Below are positions 25,959-34,812 of a stretch of 64,000 bases of DNA, piece after piece. How positions within the stretch are numbered: position 1 is the first letter of the stretch; each line of letters begins with the position of its first letter. Made by a program: the position numbers and the translations under genes. Source of the DNA: a virus; the IMG/VR virus record IMGVR_UViG_3300028558_000022, positions 1 to 64,000 of that record. One strand, given 5' to 3'. The notes under the pieces were generated by a model that saw nothing but the letters and a program-made list of their open reading frames with translations, made no database searches and was not told where the DNA came from.

Positions 25959-26753
25959 ATGAAAGAACCTGAGATCAAACTTCCGCCGACCGAGCAATGG
26001 ATTGAACGAAAGCAGTCCGGGTCTCGTGGCTACGATCCGATTACCGAGACTCATCCGTCCTATGGCATCATCGGCATTCATCACTCGTTCTGGAGTCGCA
26101 CACTGTTTGACAGCGACGTTGTACATCAACACTTCATCTCGATCTCGATCAAGAATGCCCAGCGTGTGATCGACGGAACACATGAGCACATCATGGGCAC
26201 GGGTCAAGAACTGATTGAAATCCACATGACCGAGGCACAGTTCGCCCAACTGATCGCGCGGCCCAACGTCGGCGACGGCGTACCGTGTACGATCAACCAC
26301 TGCAAGAGCGATTTTGCAAAGGCTGAAACCGAGCCGTGGGTTCACCCGCGACACGGCGGGCGCCCCGATCCACCGGAGCCGGAGAAGTTCGACCTCAAGT
26401 TCAAAAAGGAAACCGGCGAGCGGGCGCAAATCATCGTTGACGCACTGAACAGTCTGCAAAGTATGATTGACAAGTTCTTGTCAGGTGAGGAGAAGCCGAA
26501 CAAGACCACCCTGAAAACGCTCAAGGGACAAGTCAGCTCAGCTCTGCTGCAAATTCAGAGTAATCTACCGTGGGTTCAAGAGGTCGCCGCCGAGCAGTTG
26601 GAAAAGAAGATCGCTTCTGCCATCGTCGAGTTCGAGAGCTTCGTCAACATGAGTTTACAGCGTCGTGGACTCGCCGCGATGCAGAACGAGGCGCCAAGAT
26701 TATCCGTGCCATTAGTGACCAACGAGCCAGTAATCCCACTTTTAGGTGACTGA
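25959..26753 (+). CDS. conserved hypothetical phage protein
   Basis: HPSYG, LFDSDV.H, EI.MTEAQFA.LI and G.GVPCTI. Confidence 0.8.
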   Translation: MKEPEIKLPPTEQWIERKQSGSRGYDPITETHPSYGIIGIHHSFWSRTLFDSDVVHQHFISISIKNAQRVIDGTHEHIMGTGQELIEIHMTEAQFAQLIARPNVGDGVPCTINHCKSDFAKAETEPWVHPRHGGRPDPPEPEKFDLKFKKETGERAQIIVDALNSLQSMIDKFLSGEEKPNKTTLKTLKGQVSSALLQIQSNLPWVQEVAAEQLEKKIASAIVEFESFVNMSLQRRGLAAMQNEAPRLSVPLVTNEPVIPLLGD

Positions 26754-26809
26754 CAAGTAATCATTAACGGTGCGAAATTTAACACATCGGTTTTGTGAGG
26801 GGATCAAAC

Positions 26810-27337
26810 ATGCAACACCTTACCCGCGATGAATTTAAAGCCCTCGTTGGGGCAATCCGCGACCCTAAGCATCGCCTGATGCTGAAAGTGGGGTTCAATC
26901 ACGGTCTACGTGTAAGCGAGTTGACCGGGTTGACCGGAGCAAGTATCCGGGACGGTTACGTGACTGTGCAACGGCTCAAAGGTTCGATGAAAACAATCCA
27001 GCCGTACCAGTCCCACGAAGACCCTTTGCTCGATGAGGCAAGAGAGCTGGCAGACTTGGCCGCCAAGCTCAAGCCGAGCGAGCGTCTCTTCAACATCACC
27101 CGGTCGGGTGTGTTGAAGCTAATCAAGCGTGCTGGCAAACGTGCCGGGATTCCCGAGCACAAGCTGTTCGCTCACGTCTTGAAGCACTCCATCGCCATGC
27201 AAACAATCCATACAGCCGGGATCGAGAATGTCCGGCAATGGCTGGGCCACAAGAACATTTCCAGTACGGGCGCCTACCTCCGGGTATCAGACGAGGCCGC
27301 CGCGCTCGCTATCGGAAGGGCGATGACAATTGAATAG
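26810..27337 (+). CDS. small FimB/FimE-like tyrosine recombinase (catalytic domain only)
   Basis: GLRVSE, RLKGS, HVLKHS (K in place of R in HxxR), LGH and STGAY; 175 aa. Confidence 0.88.
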   Translation: MQHLTRDEFKALVGAIRDPKHRLMLKVGFNHGLRVSELTGLTGASIRDGYVTVQRLKGSMKTIQPYQSHEDPLLDEARELADLAAKLKPSERLFNITRSGVLKLIKRAGKRAGIPEHKLFAHVLKHSIAMQTIHTAGIENVRQWLGHKNISSTGAYLRVSDEAAALAIGRAMTIE

Positions 27338-27441
27338 CTCCAGTTGCCTTCTACTGGCAAGCACAGGGAAAGTTGCAAGCCTGAACACTGCCGTTGGTTC
27401 TCCACGACTCGCTTTCACTGAAGATAGGAGAGATTTCCCCA

Positions 27442-27684
27442 ATGCCATCAATCGAAGTCACACCGGAGGCATACAGCCGGGCTTCGCGCTACGCAGCCGT
27501 TTTAGGCATCACTACTGATGAGGCGGTTAGTAAAATGGTTATCGCTTGGATGAACGACACGGGAGACATGGTTCTCTCGTTCCTAGACAGGAAAGACAAG
27601 GCCCGCAAAGAGACTGGCACTTCCGCTCAGGTTATAAAAATGCCCGAGCGGGCAACTTCAACGAAAAGAACCACATCGAAGTAA
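27442..27684 (+). CDS. possible ribbon-helix-helix regulator
   Basis: N-terminal strand-helix-G-helix pattern; AGGAG RBS. Confidence 0.5.
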   Translation: MPSIEVTPEAYSRASRYAAVLGITTDEAVSKMVIAWMNDTGDMVLSFLDRKDKARKETGTSAQVIKMPERATSTKRTTSK

Positions 27685-27695
27685 ACTGTAAAAAG

Positions 27696-27772
27696 TTTGA
27701 CAAATTGACGAATTAGGTTTTTTGAAAATTCACATTTAATCGCTTGACTTTTCCCCAGATTTTAAGTACGTT
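27696..27772 (+). promoter_or_regulatory. degenerate operator plus promoter
   Basis: TTTGACAAATTGACGAA; TTGACT(27744)-17 nt-TACGTT. Confidence 0.6.
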
Positions 27773-27834
27773 TAATCAGTACCAAAGTAACACACCCGAT
27801 AAGTCAAAAAACCATCCACCAGTGAGGTATCAAC

Positions 27835-28656
27835 ATGGGTCCGAAAAAAGACTATCTGTCCAACGTCACGATCATTCCGCATAACGCGACAGTTGAAGCG
27901 GGTCGCTTCATGCCGAAGCAAGAGATTCAACAGATGTCGTTTCTGAAGAACGTGAAGGAACGGGATCAGGAGTTTCTCATCGCTGAGATCAGACAAGCGG
28001 CGGCTGCGAAGCTGATGCACGAGCGGGCCGGTCTTGCGTTGGGAAGGCACATCCAGAACATCTACAATCGGTGCGAATCCTACTCGGGCACTTTTCGCCG
28101 CACTATGGCGTATCTCGGGATCAAGGAACGCAACGCGTATCGGTACATGAAGGCGTTCGCTGGAGCCTCAAGTCAATGGCATGAAAACGTCCTGAACGCT
28201 GCGATTGTAAAGGGCCTCGACTTCCGGTCGGCTGACGAGAATAAGCCACTCGGAAAGTACACGGAAGTCGCTCGCTTACTTCCAGCTCCGAGCCGTAACC
28301 CTGACCCAGTTGAGGCGGTTCGTTACATCGAACAGCTTGAGCAGACATACAAGGATCGCAAGCGGGCCATTAAGGAAGGAAGGGTCAAGCCGAAGGACCG
28401 TAGCCAAGAGGCCGACGATATTCAGCGCGACCCTGAGTTCCTTCTCCGTCAGAACTACCGGGGCATCAAGAACGCCCTTCAGCACGTCCCGCCGCGTCAG
28501 CGTAAGCGGTGGTTCGAGAAGCTCGTAGGCATGAGCCTGACCAATCAGGGAGTAGCAAGCGCGGTCATGTTCTCGCCGGAAGCTATCCCCGAAGACTTCA
28601 ACCAAGGGCCGGGACGACCTTCCCTCCCTCAGATGGTTCATGAGAACGTTGCCTGA
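27835..28656 (+). CDS. DUF3102-like DNA-binding protein
   Basis: LG..I......GTF.....LGI.ERNAYRYM pattern. Confidence 0.55.
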   Translation: MGPKKDYLSNVTIIPHNATVEAGRFMPKQEIQQMSFLKNVKERDQEFLIAEIRQAAAAKLMHERAGLALGRHIQNIYNRCESYSGTFRRTMAYLGIKERNAYRYMKAFAGASSQWHENVLNAAIVKGLDFRSADENKPLGKYTEVARLLPAPSRNPDPVEAVRYIEQLEQTYKDRKRAIKEGRVKPKDRSQEADDIQRDPEFLLRQNYRGIKNALQHVPPRQRKRWFEKLVGMSLTNQGVASAVMFSPEAIPEDFNQGPGRPSLPQMVHENVA

Positions 28657-28690
28657 TCTCATGTACCGGTAGCGGCTAAGGCTATGCTTG

Positions 28691-28720
28691 AAGGGCCGGA
28701 GCGATTCGGCCCTTACTTTT
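28691..28720 (+). terminator. intrinsic terminator
   Basis: AAGGGCCGG-AGCGA-TTCGGCCCTT followed by ACTTTT. Confidence 0.7.
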
Positions 28721-28759
28721 GTGGCGCTAGATTAAAACCCTTGGGAGCTTCACCGGGCT

Positions 28760-28879
28760 ATGAAACGAAGGTTGACTCTTGGTGATGTAGTTGCTTTTGT
28801 GATTGGAGTCTCTTTACTGCTGTATGTTCTGGGCTTCACCGATCCGTACCTTGGATCGTTGCTCGGAGTGTTTAGGTGA
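28760..28879 (+). CDS. small membrane protein (39 aa)
   Basis: Manual translation MKRRLTLGDVVAFVIGVSLLLYVLGFTDPYLGSLLGVFR. Confidence 0.5.
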   Translation: MKRRLTLGDVVAFVIGVSLLLYVLGFTDPYLGSLLGVFR

Positions 28880-29102
28880 TACGAAGTGATACGAAAAAAC
28901 TTGTCCCTACAGGCCCCAAGGTATCCTCTGTATCGCGTATATCGTAAATAATAAACAGCTATCTTCCTCTCGATCAGTGGTTTGCAAGTTAAGCGCCTAT
29001 CTGTCTGGTACTTAGGCGACGGCGACAAGTCGAATCCCACTCTCTCCGCCAGAGCCTTTAAAATCAATAACTTAGCAAATGTGATACGAAGTGTGATACG
29101 AT
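28876..29102 (+). mobile_element. attP: tRNA-Ser-like core with arm repeats and an IHF site
   Basis: Core TCGAATCCCACTCTCTCCGCCA (29030-29051) resembles a tRNA-Ser 3' end. Paired GTGATACGA(A/T) repeats at 28876/28886 and 29081/29093. IHF consensus AATCAATAACTTA at 29062-29074. Confidence 0.85.
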
Positions 29103-29109
29103 CTTCGCT

Positions 29110-30252
29110 ATGAATGTGAAGGTCAATCTCACGAAGCGTATCAATATAGACGGACAGAAGCGGTTCGTCCCAGTCGTTCAGGCGGCCAACGGTCGGATCA
29201 AAGCCGACTGGGTAGTGATCGACGGCGCCGAGCAACGGTATCCCGGTGGGAGCTTCTACATAGACTGGACCGAAGGCGGCAAGCGTCGGCGGGAATCGGT
29301 CGGCGTGAGCGCGGCGACGGCGGTTGCCCGGCAGCTCCGCAAGGAAGCTGAACTCAAGGCTAAGGGTCAAGGACTTACCGTAACCTCTCAAGACGACCGC
29401 GACCGGCGCCTGACGGTCGAGACAGCCGTATCCGCCTATCTGGAAGAGATCGCACTCACAAAGAAGCCTAAGACCGTTTCGGCCTACACGACGAGCCTGT
29501 CCTATTTTCAAGAATCTTGTACAAAGACCTACATCGATGAGATCGAGCGGCTGGACATGATCCGGTTCCATGCGTACCTGAGGGACAAGAAGGCACAGTC
29601 CCCGCGTAGCTGCTGGAACAAATTCTCGAACGTGATGGGATTCCTGAAGGCTCAAGGTGTTCGCAAGATCGTGAAGCCGGGCGATTGGCCGAGGTACGTC
29701 GAAGAGGAGCCAGAGGCATACGAGCGGGAAGAGCTTGACAAGTTCTTCGACGCTTGTAACGACAATGAGCGTACTCTGTACGAGTTCTTCCTCATGACCG
29801 GGATGCGTGAGCAAGAGGTCATGCACGCCATGTGGCAAGACGTGAACCTCAAGCAAGGGACGATTGCGATGAAGTGGAAGCCCGAGCTTGACTGGACTCC
29901 CAAGGCGTACAAGGAACGCGAGATTCCCGTTCCTACAAAACTTTTGAAGAAGCTCGAAGATCGCCGACCGGCGAACGGACGCGGCTTGATCTTCCCTACC
30001 TCTGGCGGCCTACCAAACGGTCACTTCCTTTTGTTCTGCAAGAACATTGCGAAGCGTGCCGGTCTCGATCCCGAGAGCTGGTGGCTTCACAAGTTCCGCG
30101 CGACGTTCGCAACGTGGCACCTTCAGGCCGGGGTCGATCTGCGGACCGTACAGAAGTGGCTCGGTCACACAGACCTTGAGTCAACTATGCGGTACCTGAA
30201 GGCCGCCCGTGGCGCCGAGGTTCAGGCGAAGGTCAACCAGACGTTCGCCTAG
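29110..30252 (+). CDS. int: tyrosine integrase
   Basis: TGMREQE, K, HKFRATF, LGH and TMRY; N-terminal arm-binding and core-binding domains. Confidence 0.95.
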   Translation: MNVKVNLTKRINIDGQKRFVPVVQAANGRIKADWVVIDGAEQRYPGGSFYIDWTEGGKRRRESVGVSAATAVARQLRKEAELKAKGQGLTVTSQDDRDRRLTVETAVSAYLEEIALTKKPKTVSAYTTSLSYFQESCTKTYIDEIERLDMIRFHAYLRDKKAQSPRSCWNKFSNVMGFLKAQGVRKIVKPGDWPRYVEEEPEAYEREELDKFFDACNDNERTLYEFFLMTGMREQEVMHAMWQDVNLKQGTIAMKWKPELDWTPKAYKEREIPVPTKLLKKLEDRRPANGRGLIFPTSGGLPNGHFLLFCKNIAKRAGLDPESWWLHKFRATFATWHLQAGVDLRTVQKWLGHTDLESTMRYLKAARGAEVQAKVNQTFA

Positions 30253-30366
30253 CTTCTCGCGCCTCTTCCCTCTCGATCTCGCGCTCAAGTTTGCAAGCGT
30301 CACATATACGCTTCCGGGAGAGTTGATCTTCAATCGGCTCTCCGCAGTCCTTACAGAGCTTTTCCC

Positions 30367-30576
30367 TCATTGTCTCTCCAGCCATTTAGACAGCTCTTGT
30401 GGGTCGAACCTCACCGCCGTACTGATACGGAACGATGGGATGTTCCCCCGTCTCGCCTCCCGGCGAATCATCTGAGCTGACATTCCCAGCACTCCTGCAA
30501 CCTCTTCAGCCGTTAGCGCCCGTTCATAAGCTGCGATCCTTTCTCGCACACTGGGGACGTGTGTCTGTGTCGTCAT
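30367..30576 (-). CDS. xis: excisionase-family HTH protein
   Basis: LTAEEVA..LG.S...I...AR.G.IP..RI...VRF; convergent with int. Confidence 0.8.
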   Translation of the reverse strand: MTTQTHVPSVRERIAAYERALTAEEVAGVLGMSAQMIRREARRGNIPSFRISTAVRFDPQELSKWLERQ

Positions 30577-30622
30577 AGGAACACCCTACCACAAACTATT
30601 TTCGATTGCAAGAGAAATAATG

Positions 30623-30639
30623 TTTGACAATTTGGCAAA
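30623..30639. promoter_or_regulatory. operator palindrome between divergent genes
   Basis: TTTGACAATTTGGCAAA. Confidence 0.8.
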
Positions 30640-30658
30640 CTTATATTACAGTTGATTT

Positions 30659-31102
30659 GTGTTCGAGACAACCCAAACATCCCAGCACATCGCCAGCGGT
30701 CACATGACTCACCTTCTACGCCCTAAGGAACTGAGAACGAGGATCGACCTTGCGGTCAGGGCATTGCAGACACACACCTTCGATACGATAGCGTTTCGTG
30801 GGATGTCTGGGGCGTTCCTTGGTCCGCAAATCGCAGCGTTTCTTGACAAGGAAATGATCCTTGTTCGGAAGCCCCACGACGATACTCATTCGTTCTATAA
30901 CGTTGAGGGATTCAAAGGCGCAAGGCGATACATCATCGTTGACGACTTTATATCACTGGGCGGCACAAAGCGAGCGATCATTGAGGCTGTGTCTAAGTTC
31001 GCCCCTGATGCGAATTTCGTCGGACTGCTGCCAGTTTTAAGGATCAGGGACTATATGCTTGAACATTCTGAACGTCACAACACGCCCTACCCTTTGGAAT
31101 AA
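30659..31102 (+). CDS. type I phosphoribosyltransferase-like protein
   Basis: RGMSG, VRK and the PRPP-binding loop IIVDDFISLGGT. Confidence 0.8.
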   Translation: MFETTQTSQHIASGHMTHLLRPKELRTRIDLAVRALQTHTFDTIAFRGMSGAFLGPQIAAFLDKEMILVRKPHDDTHSFYNVEGFKGARRYIIVDDFISLGGTKRAIIEAVSKFAPDANFVGLLPVLRIRDYMLEHSERHNTPYPLE

Positions 31103-31162
31103 ACCGAGACCATCAGGAACCCCCTGCCGGATCGGTAGTAGTGAACACTAGGAAACAACACG

Positions 31163-31516
31163 TTGCCATTCGATCAGTACAAACAACCCCACCGTGTCTT
31201 CGTCGATACAGGACGCAAATCCTACCGCATGGGAGTTCCGATAAACGGAAACCCTCACAAGATGGAACCTTTCAGAGACCTATGGGAGAAAGGCTGGAGA
31301 CTTGAGCGTCGTAAAGAAGAAGGTCAACGCTCGCAGTTCAAGCGCCCCGCAGCCCAACAAGGGCAGCAAGGCCAAGCCGAGCAAAGGGCGCCAAAGAAAG
31401 TCGGACACACCCCTTGGCGGGAACTCCGACATAAACGGAAAGAAGAGCCGAAAGGCCCAGTCCTCACCGATGGACTTGTCGCCCGCTTCAACAGACAGCA
31501 TAGAACGGCCATCTAA
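31163..31516 (+). CDS. Rmf/CrpP-like protein
   Basis: G.K.Y..G....NP......W..GW pattern; basic tail. Confidence 0.5.
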   Translation: MPFDQYKQPHRVFVDTGRKSYRMGVPINGNPHKMEPFRDLWEKGWRLERRKEEGQRSQFKRPAAQQGQQGQAEQRAPKKVGHTPWRELRHKRKEEPKGPVLTDGLVARFNRQHRTAI

Positions 31517-31710
31517 TCAGCTCCCTTCGGGCGGTACCGTTTCTGTCGGCGATGTGGTTATGTGTTACGACCAAGGCTGGCGAACGGGCCGCGTCGAAGA
31601 GATCATCAAAACTGCGGCGTGGATCAGGGTTACCCCTGCAATCGGTAAGGTAACTCGATCAGCCGTGATGTTTGGATTTGAAGACATTCGACAGATTGGA
31701 GGAGATTGAA

Positions 31711-32010
31711 ATGGAAACTGACATCTGTGCAGTGAATCATGGTGGTAATCCCCAAAGCGTCGCCGCGTTCCAAGGAATCGTCCCGACCCTTCCAGCTCTT
31801 CGTAAGAAGGTGCTGTTCGCGGTAAGCGAGCTGAAGTTTGCGACCGTAAAAGAGGTCGTAGACAAGACGGGCCTTGAACGTCTGACGGTAGGCGCCCGTC
31901 TCACCGAGTTGAAAAAGTCAGGGTTACTCACGGCAACCAATACGATCCGTGAAGGATGCCGCGTACTGACACTCTCGGAGCTGGGGAAGCAAGCAACACA
32001 GGCAGTTTAA
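31711..32010 (+). CDS. winged-helix DNA-binding protein
   Basis: T..EV....GL...TV.ARLTELKK.G; GGAGG RBS. Confidence 0.75.
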   Translation: METDICAVNHGGNPQSVAAFQGIVPTLPALRKKVLFAVSELKFATVKEVVDKTGLERLTVGARLTELKKSGLLTATNTIREGCRVLTLSELGKQATQAV

Positions 32011-32017
32011 GGGGTAA

Positions 32018-33379
32018 ATGCTTCTCGACAACTTCATTGACCGCTTCGGCGGTATGACCGAATCCTACTACTTCTACAACGGAGAGGTTGAGCTTCGGTA
32101 CGATCCTAAGGATCACGTCTACCTGTTAGTGAACGGTGACGCTCTCGAACCACAAGACGGCGTTACAACCGTTTGTCACATCATCGACAAATCTGAGGCC
32201 CTGATTCCTTGGGCCTGTAAGCAGATGGCAACCAAGCTCCTCACGGACTTGACCATTGTGTTGCCGGACGGTCAGAAACAGCTCCGTCAAGTCACTTACC
32301 AAGACTTTGAGAATCTCGTCATCGCAGCGAAGACGGCCCATCGCGACCGGCTTGAAGAGGCCGGAGAAGTCGGGCACATCGCGCACGCGTGGATCGAGAT
32401 GTACATCAAGGCGATCCTTGCGAACGATCAGTCTCGACAAGAGGAATTGCTTGCCAAGTTCCCAGATGACGAACGGGCACGTAACTGTTGCTTCGCCGCT
32501 CTCGGGTGGATGAAGAATCACAACGTCCGGTGGATCGGTACCGAACGTAAAATCTACAGCCGCAAATGGAAGTACGCCGGTACACTCGACGGTCTGTGCG
32601 TTGTGGACTCGTGTAGCGATCCGAAATGCTGTCCGCGTCCGTTCAAGGATCGGCTAACGGTCTCGGACTGGAAGACGAGCAACTATCTGTACAAAGAGTA
32701 CAGACTACAGACCGCAGCGTATCAATACGCCTACGAGGAAGAAACCGGCGAGAAGATTCAGGATCGCTGGATCATCCGGCTCGGTAAGGAAGACGCCGAG
32801 TTCGATCCGTGGCACGTCGAAGCTGACCAATACTATCGGGACTTCCAAGCATTCCGGCTCGCGCTCGAACTGAGGCGCACGGTCGGCGAGATCGACGAAA
32901 ACATTCAAGCTCGCGACAAGGCCCGCAGAGAAGCTGAGAAGGCGGAGAGACAAGCGGCCAAGGCTGAGGCGGAACGACTGAAGCGCGAAGAGCGTGAGAA
33001 GCGCAAGGCCGAAGAGAAGGCAGCCCGAGAAGCGGCTCTCAAAGTCGCGTGCCCGAACTCGAAGAAATACAAGGGCCTCAAGAAACCGCGCTGCAATGGA
33101 GGAGAACCATGCGAGACGTGCCTGAAGAAGTATGCGGAAGTACAGGCAGCCAAGCCGAAGAAAGAACCGAAGAAAAAGAAGGTCAAGGGTGGCGTCCAGA
33201 ACCTATTATCCGTACTGGACCCCGCTTCATCCTCACTATCGACGGAGACCTCAACACTCCCAATTTCGGAATCAAGTTCCGACACGAACACTGGAGCTTG
33301 TATCTCGGATACATCGGATTCAATCTCATCTGGGGAAAGTTCCGGGACAGCTTCATCGACACTTTCGACGCCGGACTAG
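32018..33379 (+). CDS. PD-(D/E)XK exonuclease
   Basis: VTT, L.PWA, G...H, ERKI..YAGTLD, DWKTS and Q..AY. Confidence 0.88.
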   Translation: MLLDNFIDRFGGMTESYYFYNGEVELRYDPKDHVYLLVNGDALEPQDGVTTVCHIIDKSEALIPWACKQMATKLLTDLTIVLPDGQKQLRQVTYQDFENLVIAAKTAHRDRLEEAGEVGHIAHAWIEMYIKAILANDQSRQEELLAKFPDDERARNCCFAALGWMKNHNVRWIGTERKIYSRKWKYAGTLDGLCVVDSCSDPKCCPRPFKDRLTVSDWKTSNYLYKEYRLQTAAYQYAYEEETGEKIQDRWIIRLGKEDAEFDPWHVEADQYYRDFQAFRLALELRRTVGEIDENIQARDKARREAEKAERQAAKAEAERLKREEREKRKAEEKAAREAALKVACPNSKKYKGLKKPRCNGGEPCETCLKKYAEVQAAKPKKEPKKKKVKGGVQNLLSVLDPASSSLSTETSTLPISESSSDTNTGACISDTSDSISSGESSGTASSTLSTPD

Positions 33380-33417
33380 AGGCGCGTCGAACATCTAAGA
33401 CCTAACGAAAGGACAAC

Positions 33418-33552
33418 ATGACCACACTTTCACGTCAGCTCCGTCGTATCGACAAACAACCGGAAGATCGCCGCATCTCTGAGGATGCCATCCGTGCTGC
33501 TCATAAAATGCGTCGCAAAGCGCGGAAGGCTCGCGCTAAGGCCAAAGTTTGA
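33418..33552 (+). CDS. small basic protein
   Basis: Manual translation MTTLSRQLRRIDKQ...KARAKAKV, with AAGGA RBS. Confidence 0.55.
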   Translation: MTTLSRQLRRIDKQPEDRRISEDAIRAAHKMRRKARKARAKAKV

Positions 33553-33610
33553 CAATTTGTCAAGAACCGTATCGAATACGCTTGACAAATCGAAAATAAT
33601 ATAGTACGAT
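33548..33610 (+). promoter_or_regulatory. operator palindrome plus sigma70 promoter
   Basis: TTTGACAATTTGTCAAG; TTGACA(33582)-17 nt-TACGAT. Confidence 0.8.
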
Positions 33611-33664
33611 GGAGAAGTAAATCAGACGTTCGTCTGATCGGTGTCAAATTCACACAGGAGATAA

Positions 33665-34537
33665 ATGAGCAGTGAACTCGTTCAGGTAAATGCTGCCGAA
33701 TCAGCATTAGTCCAAGCGCCCGTAGGCGGACTTGGCGTAGACTTCAACAATCCCCTCATGCGGGTAAAGCCCGCAACTCTGGTTATTAACCAGCCCACCA
33801 CACAGGCGGAAGACGCCATCAAGGGCAAGCTCCGCATCCTTGAGACCGGCGATCAGTATGACGAACTCTACGTCACGCTTCTGGACATGCCTGTCGAAAA
33901 GCGCACATGGTACGCCGGTAAACCCGGTGAACTCAACCGCACGGCTGAGAACCTGATGTGCTTCTCCAACAACGTCATTCGCGACGCCAATAAGCGCGAG
34001 CTGCAAGGCCCTGACCCGAAGGCCAAGGTTCCCGGTGCGCTCAAGTGCAATGGCTGTCCCAAAGCATCGTGGGAAAAGTGGCGTCAGACCAAGTTACAGG
34101 AAGACATTCCGCCTTGTGAATCGTTCTTCTACGTGACGCTGATCGACACGAACTACAAGATGCCGCTTCGTTGGTATGTTCGCTCCGGCGCCAAAGACCC
34201 ATTCGAGTCTGCGCTTCAGAACGTAGCCCGTAAGCTCTTCATGATGCGTGCAAAGGGCGGCAACCCGAACATCTTCGACATCGGCTTCAAGATCAAAACG
34301 GACAAGCGGACCAAGAACAATAAGACGACTTATGTTCCGGTGTTCTCTGGATTCGATGAGATCACACCCGAGCAAAAGGCAGACTTCGGTGACATCTTCG
34401 CTCAGTACGTTGCGTTCAAGACCGCTCCGGCGCCTGAACAGACCGTAGAGGATGCGGTTGTCGAGTCCCAGTCAAGCATCAACGGCGAAGTCGTTGAGCC
34501 TTCCGGTCCCGCTCCTACTGGCGAGATCACGATCTAA
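33665..34537 (+). CDS. putative ssDNA-binding/annealing protein
   Basis: Follows the exonuclease; C.S..C..CP..W..PPC motif; acidic tail. Confidence 0.55.
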   Translation: MSSELVQVNAAESALVQAPVGGLGVDFNNPLMRVKPATLVINQPTTQAEDAIKGKLRILETGDQYDELYVTLLDMPVEKRTWYAGKPGELNRTAENLMCFSNNVIRDANKRELQGPDPKAKVPGALKCNGCPKASWEKWRQTKLQEDIPPCESFFYVTLIDTNYKMPLRWYVRSGAKDPFESALQNVARKLFMMRAKGGNPNIFDIGFKIKTDKRTKNNKTTYVPVFSGFDEITPEQKADFGDIFAQYVAFKTAPAPEQTVEDAVVESQSSINGEVVEPSGPAPTGEITI

Positions 34538-34539
34538 CA

Positions 34540-34800
34540 AAAGCTCTCCGGCCCGCCTGTAAGAGGGTAATCGGTCGGTGAGGGGTGCGGGTGGCACCCA
34601 GCCGTGAGGCAAAGCCACCAAGGATCAAGTCCTCCGGGGATGAAAACTGGTACGCGAGTCCGAGCTTGGATGCGTGCCCATTGGACTGCGGGACAAGCTA
34701 CCACAACACAAAAGCGAGAAGACGTGGGACGGAGAATCGTTCAGAACGCCTTAGGGCAGTGATGGGCATACATCAAGCCGTCGAATCAGGCTCGCTCCAA
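34540..34800 (+). ncRNA. candidate structured RNA upstream of the RNA ligase
   Basis: ~260-nt GC-rich tract with several hairpins. The ligase RBS and start lie downstream, at 34803 and 34813. Confidence 0.4.
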
Positions 34801-34812
34801 TTGGAGGCGGAA

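Noticed and set aside
29030-29051. tRNA-Ser gene
   Set aside because: Only the T-loop and 3' acceptor strand are present. It is interpreted as the attP core.
28750-29856. 368-aa minus-strand ORF
   Set aside because: It is an antisense shadow of the integrase and attP, with no recognisable motifs.
34540-34800. RNase P RNA or group I intron
   Set aside because: I could not find the GAGGAAAGUCC P4 signature or the group I P7 consensus elements.
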